From NCBI GenBank assembly GCA_003510435.1, contig DOMK01000020.1, positions 59,523-123,522 of the forward strand: DNA of 64,000 nt. The letters run 5' to 3'. A program made the translations under genes and the position numbers. Origin of the DNA: Candidatus Magasanikiibacteriota bacterium (GTDB taxonomy: Bacteria > Patescibacteriota > Patescibacteriia > Magasanikbacterales > UBA922). A model generated the notes under the pieces. That model was given only the letters and a program-made list of their open reading frames with translations, was not told the DNA's origin and searched no databases. Positions 61,201-64,000 of the stretch are shown piece after piece (position 1 is the first letter of the stretch; every line of letters starts with the position of its first letter).

Positions 61201-63171
61201 GCAGTTCAAGGAGAGGGTTTGGAACAATTGTTCTCCCAATATGATTTTTCTATTTTAAAAGAAGTGATGACTGCTGACGCACAGAGAGGTAATGCTAAGA
61301 TGTATTTGTGGAGAAATAAAGGAAGTTTAGAACAGATGGTTCCTGGTGTACGCAATGCTTACAGAATTGGTGCCAAATTTAAACAGGCTTTTTTGTTTGC
61401 TAGACAATACGTAGAAAATCCTGACATTGATAGGGATTTTAATATTGTTATGCAAGAAGAGTTTGTTTTGGCCGGTGAAGTAAAAAGCATTATAGATAAT
61501 TTTGCTAATCATGTTAAGGACGAACCAAATGCGAAAAATTTAGTTGAAACTTTATTACCCCAGTTATATAAAAAGGCAAATAACATAATGGAAAAATTTA
61601 AAGTTTTAGCTCAAGAGATGGAAACTCTAATGGCGCAAGTAAATCTTACTGTGCCAGAAAATTTTCGAGTGGCTTCGGGAGATGGTATAGTGCCACCAGC
61701 AGATGGTAGTGATACTAGTGGTGATGATTTGCTAGGAGAAAATAAAAAAGCTAAAGGTGGCTTTAAGTGGTTCAAACGTATTGCTATTCCTTTAGGTCTT
61801 TTAGCTTCTGCATTTATGATAGACAAAGGAATTTCTACTGACAAAGAACCAGCTGAACCAGAAGGTACCCATCTAACTTCTACTGATTCTGATGAAAATA
61901 GTCAAGATATAATAGAGAGAGAAAAAAGAGCTGATGAATATAGAAATGCTGGCTTGTCGTCTGATGGTGAACCAACTAAGACAGAAGTACGAAAATATTC
62001 AGATTCAGATAAAATAAAAATAAAAGGATTTGAAAATTTGAAAGTAGTAAAAATTGAAAGTGGTCATTTTGAAGAAGATGGCTTGCCAGATGGTCAAAAA
62101 AATTATGTTGAGTTTGTAGATGGGGCTTATTTTAATGGCTCTATGGAACACGGACAATTTGTTTTTGGTACTTTTCGGGATTCTGGCCCAGAAGGTAAAT
62201 CACGTGAGTATTTTGGTGGTTTCAAAGATGGATTTTTTCATGGAAAAGCGAAAATAATTAATGAAGAAACAAAAGAAATAGAATATACTAGTTTTGATCA
62301 TGGTGTGAGAATGAAAGATTATGAGGATGAAAAAGAACAAAAAAGAGATAAAAATCCTGAATTATCAAAATATCAAACGCGAGAATATTCTGATTCAGAT
62401 GAAATAAAAATAAAAAGATTTGAAAATTGGAAAGTGACAAAAATTACTGGTACTTTTGACAAAGATGGTTTACCTCATGGCAGACCTACTAGGGTTGATT
62501 TTGAAGGTGGAGGTCAATTTTATGGTGAAATGGATCATGGTCAAATTGTCGGTGGTGGTGAACTCTGGTATCCTACTAATTCAGAAGGCAAAACAATTAG
62601 GTACTTGGGTGGTTTTACAGATGGACTACCACATGGAAAGGCAACTATTATTTATGAAGAAACACACACATCAGAATTGAGCCACTACACTCATGGTGTA
62701 AGAGATAAAGTTTATAAAAGTGAAGCTGAACAAGACGCTGATGATACTGATTATGACAATGAAAAAAAAGAAGATGGTGTGTTTAGAGCTGTGAAGACAT
62801 ACAAAGAATCTGTGCCAGTTTTTAAAGGTTTGCCAAAACATTTCCCCAAAGAAATATCTGGTTCATTTGATAAAGAAAATTTGCCTCATGGTCAGATTAA
62901 AATTATTTTTGAAAATGGTGATAGTTTTGATGGCATGGCAGAACATGGTAATTTAAAAAATGGCGAATGGAAATGGGCTGATGATACTGTATACAATGGT
63001 CCATTCAATAAAAATAACAAACCACATGGAGAAGGAAAATTAACTTTACCTCCCAATGGAATAGTAAAAGATGTGGTATTTGATAATGGTATTGTGATAA
63101 AGATTGGTGGCGTGGAAAAAAAACCAGTAAAAGAAAAAAAACCTAAACCAGGTAAAAAATGGACAAGATAG
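55231..63171 (+). CDS. giant (2646 aa) protein: N-terminal coiled coil, PPP-family calcineurin-like metallophosphatase domain, long alpha-helical region, predicted TM helix and three C-terminal MORN-like repeat modules
   Basis: Phosphatase motifs 'GDTHGD', 'GDYVDRG', 'RGNHE', 'THGG' and 'WTDP' are present. A TM helix reads 'IAIPLGLLASAFMI'. MORN-like units such as 'YFNGSMEHGQFVFG' and 'FDGMAEHGNLKNGEWKW' are tandemly triplicated. Confidence 0.85.
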   Translation: MSEEDKKRGKVRRDGKVIDVKPTPGGDFELSADRESELRVELEKLKNDLKDRIPDIDSEILKLHGSLNRVKTEKSLDLFTQFSTALNVLRQELRKLEQEIYANEMIATYEKDIIALDKKLKKLAKQVGVSASELILKLANTSISELKNALFQVGDKPDDPDVAGQFDALLRKAKESVNEAIKKQKEKGEWKVNTDEEVKAIWEQAETRDAKQVIALIGETQQTLERNKKDGEGRLNGAEKISDIQETVMTHDGDLVYLPEKGHAIIVGDTHGDESSIQSILVETDFIARVERHEPVYLVFTGDYVDRGPKQLENIQALMELYNEYPENVILLRGNHEHAGSPQMQDPDLFNIKAMDAYGTFATEIRDKYNEFYDNLPINLVTKKGLLITHGGIAEDPEVKRAGDLTRLSNDQKMQMMWTDPTEISDDFVYIPKNKDGETKSRGSYGQGDDEKKVKKFGKGVFEKSLQAVGAKAMMRSHQADDSFKDNGFKRQFGDKLVTVFSTTSGQRGYKPAYMEVDLSAELTDFSTADTAVNGPVQLRNVGDTRPHLLKDEDLIELEESDGVLGEDDEPPIVNTPPTEDDPKKWWRWLSLHYHVAKTNSHELNSAINTCGDKNLAGLKRIYEIILACGDDFAEAGRQALEFAHSLPKPGVGESGADSSDHLSEDDQSKWQEIKAVSGDVKIVDCLRLFSSIEKTYKLFTLFKKDGKRFSDFVIQWDNLPDRSDISLVVEMLDSHTKNPKLYYDDPDSRLEIDVSNLQEMFGSMVLFTEFAPSDLDSRKRFCEEIPKKVNDLYEKIFSQAVIDIHEVDYGVHAVSDPAGNLRVKNQVLQELSADILKIDIITITFLHQFLLQMNEKIGKNIQDEGVYYMEANKRIEEIFKDKRADLEKLRKKVGGEEDEAEARLTKRKAELATALGVSFPNPAEVKLLEDFPDDRVDILALFSKALERDYTQIRAWTELKNHEKVKDFFALGQLIEITKVCDVTAGTAHAKKGAEFAKVFLKSFKSAQSAYDVFISLKKNGNRFIALDSRWRHTDISKESPDDCVKTIADLSEEYPGVMSNLELIKKLPSKKNPKDYIAEMMASIEARSVAFVGDIKSKVETEADTNAKRRLIHDALSRFEREGSDLILFITNLSGQVRELMATAGSDAGKIEEIEQLSTAFSDEQRLKYQARKKELEQMLEDVKTEEKIIRDFGTVEEYKRWSALPFAHGNFDDALLLRTWTGGDADVAQDWQDRFGAKLGNDRLLFSEARTLVGNDMTVLEQLVDAVPGIESMARVPAFDALKAAKETKDRVASAEVLPGPELGKKLIEYFKTLADGRFCNFGYKEFDDGNLTELKQRVDFVVQKVGVIPVDIISKFGFVCKKYPTIVADSDKTIFQISIQIDNWKEEFLRVLTVYEQENEYKEKREGLENLCMNISEYSGGLHVLGVKDDDGYVARFKLPLVELERRAKLVNDLYRASSYSGFVRFTSDDSKPICRDWIQLNIERNDLETEFLRLLKIQEQREPLKRVCGDHRMGTRGAGDSLGLDDDFVPTKNPDEQVADFGPKLEKIQAYLNEARSDHIEIRISRESKVVETFDPKDDWSVTVINLNLEDPNWERQFFALTGIDPKIKESKEIKKQELKIKYREDYRNDKPISPPTTDLEKEAMIEFLSAPDVDVSVVINQSIQDCRQIPNEFFDRTKKWFEFGNEEYRNILVSAVRYCLSPAEDGHTKPENFLSPTAYQDFFVSLSKLLGVPVTGEFELKNDDGWRDLDYLLQHHVDWSENNAKTKLLSVYDAQGFFKTSKKERKQLLDGLHSRHESLIATAKKIDSTKFLYIRLRKIVDNFTSHTTGNLDLNVNKLAKEEYSLNYDLRDFFNKKLPKAGNTDGLTFLLTSGWKGFQDRADGISMGLETTLAFMIEAMEDNGFLPRTGKPYKKEDYNPELLLLYEKYQELKTTGKVEDLGMAEAGAGGALEVLGGGDSVDDAVGDGSGAREPGPDTPRASEFHAVQGEGLEQLFSQYDFSILKEVMTADAQRGNAKMYLWRNKGSLEQMVPGVRNAYRIGAKFKQAFLFARQYVENPDIDRDFNIVMQEEFVLAGEVKSIIDNFANHVKDEPNAKNLVETLLPQLYKKANNIMEKFKVLAQEMETLMAQVNLTVPENFRVASGDGIVPPADGSDTSGDDLLGENKKAKGGFKWFKRIAIPLGLLASAFMIDKGISTDKEPAEPEGTHLTSTDSDENSQDIIEREKRADEYRNAGLSSDGEPTKTEVRKYSDSDKIKIKGFENLKVVKIESGHFEEDGLPDGQKNYVEFVDGAYFNGSMEHGQFVFGTFRDSGPEGKSREYFGGFKDGFFHGKAKIINEETKEIEYTSFDHGVRMKDYEDEKEQKRDKNPELSKYQTREYSDSDEIKIKRFENWKVTKITGTFDKDGLPHGRPTRVDFEGGGQFYGEMDHGQIVGGGELWYPTNSEGKTIRYLGGFTDGLPHGKATIIYEETHTSELSHYTHGVRDKVYKSEAEQDADDTDYDNEKKEDGVFRAVKTYKESVPVFKGLPKHFPKEISGSFDKENLPHGQIKIIFENGDSFDGMAEHGNLKNGEWKWADDTVYNGPFNKNNKPHGEGKLTLPPNGIVKDVVFDNGIVIKIGGVEKKPVKEKKPKPGKKWTR

Positions 63172-63187
63172 AATATAATTAAATCTT

Positions 63188-63220
63188 AAAAAATGGCTTA
63201 TCTAAGCCATTTTTTGTTTG
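63188..63220 (+). terminator. terminator after the giant gene (aatggctta tc taagccatt plus T-run)
   Basis: A 9-bp stem is followed by ttttttg. Confidence 0.65.
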
Positions 63221-63257
63221 ATTTATAGGCTGTTAATAAACAATGCTGTCTAAGGTC

Positions 63258-63287
63258 TTGACATATTAGCAAAAATATGGTATATTA
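63258..63287 (+). promoter_or_regulatory. promoter TTGACA, 17 bp, TATATT facing the GC-rich structured segment at the window end
   Basis: The -35 is consensus with a reasonable -10. No CDS follows. Confidence 0.45.
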
Positions 63288-64000
63288 CTCTGTCATATTT
63301 GATATATGATTAAGATGGGTAAAGTGTGCCCAATTTGGCTAAAACTAGCGGATAAGTGTGAATAAGAACAATAAAAGTGCTAACTTTTGCGATCTGTATA
63401 TATAAATATATAACAAGTCTTTCTCAGAGATTGTCATGATATGGAAAAATGATGATTTGTGAAAGAAGATTTGTGGCTAGATCATTACAATTCAAAAACA
63501 TAAAAATAAAAGTATAAATATTATTCTTTCCTTTTGCTGTGCAAAAGCGAGTCTTTGGCTCGGTAGGTATTGTTTTTACTCATCCCCCTAACCCCTTCTC
63601 TACAAAGTAGAGAAGGGGAGAATAGATTAAAACGTTTCCCCCTCTCTTACTGAAAGAGAGGGGGAACAAGGGGGTGAGTTAAGAAACAAAACCCGCCGAG
63701 CCATACCTGTGGCTCGCGAGACAATGTTTCCCTTTCTCGATGACTAGTGGTCGTTGAGCGAGGGTAGAGATATGGTACCGGTTTTCTGTATCGTTTCTCA
63801 GCAACCCGTCTTCGGGCGGGTGAAAGGTTGGTGAGCCGTGAAGACGGCTCGGAAGTTGGCCACGAGCTTGTTCGTGGTATTGCTGGGTCTCGCTCACGAG
63901 ACGAATGCTTTCGGGCAGGAGTCCTTCGTGAGTGCCCCGCGCGGAGGGATGCCGTCTGAGGCGGATCTTCGCGGGGGGGCCATTGAAGCCCTCGAGGCTT

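Noticed and set aside
63540-64000. GC-rich structured terminal region considered as the 5' end of 16S/23S rRNA or RNase P RNA
   Set aside because: It lacks the universally conserved 16S start (AGAGTTTGATC…GGCTCAG), the 23S 5' sequence and the RNase P GGAAAGUCCGG core. The identity is left open as a finding rather than a feature call.

Overview
This 64-kb window is AT-rich (about 35% GC by eye), uses the standard genetic code and is gene-dense. It looks like chromosome from a small-genome, probably CPR/Patescibacteria-like, bacterium. Housekeeping genes on conserved syntenies (tgt–yhhQ, uvrD, ndk, lepB, hisS, rpsU–yqeY, ybeY–dgkA, ftsA–ftsZ, nrdR, ogt, an ABC exporter, pyk, ppsA, infC–rpmI–rplT, ssrA–smpB, and tRNA-Val, -Ile and -Asp) alternate with accessory content. 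The main accessory block (13.7–34.6 kb) holds two adjacent very large secreted proteins of 742 aa and 5275 aa. They share an N-terminal signal peptide plus two-TM module that resembles a VirB2/TrbC-type (T4SS-like) pilin. The 5275-aa protein adds many LamG, IPT/TIG, Myxococcus-type Cys-rich and BNR/beta-propeller repeats. Three membrane-anchored paralogues follow, each with dockerin/EF-hand-like D-x-D-x-D-G calcium loops and a 'GYNPxGxGKL' module. A second giant gene (2646 aa) joins a coiled coil, a PPP-family metallophosphatase domain and a triplicated MORN-like module. Several short GC-rich segments (about 55–65% GC) sit in otherwise AT-rich intergenic DNA. Some are highly structured, and some carry small ORFs with strong Shine-Dalgarno sites and GC-rich codons. 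These are candidate foreign cassettes or undescribed structured ncRNAs. Other points are a strong orphan promoter driving a roughly 180-nt candidate sRNA, a duplicated tRNA-Ile 3' end, and a long palindrome upstream of hisS. No CRISPR array, rRNA gene or transposase was seen. All calls rest on reading the sequence and ORF translations by eye; no database search was run.
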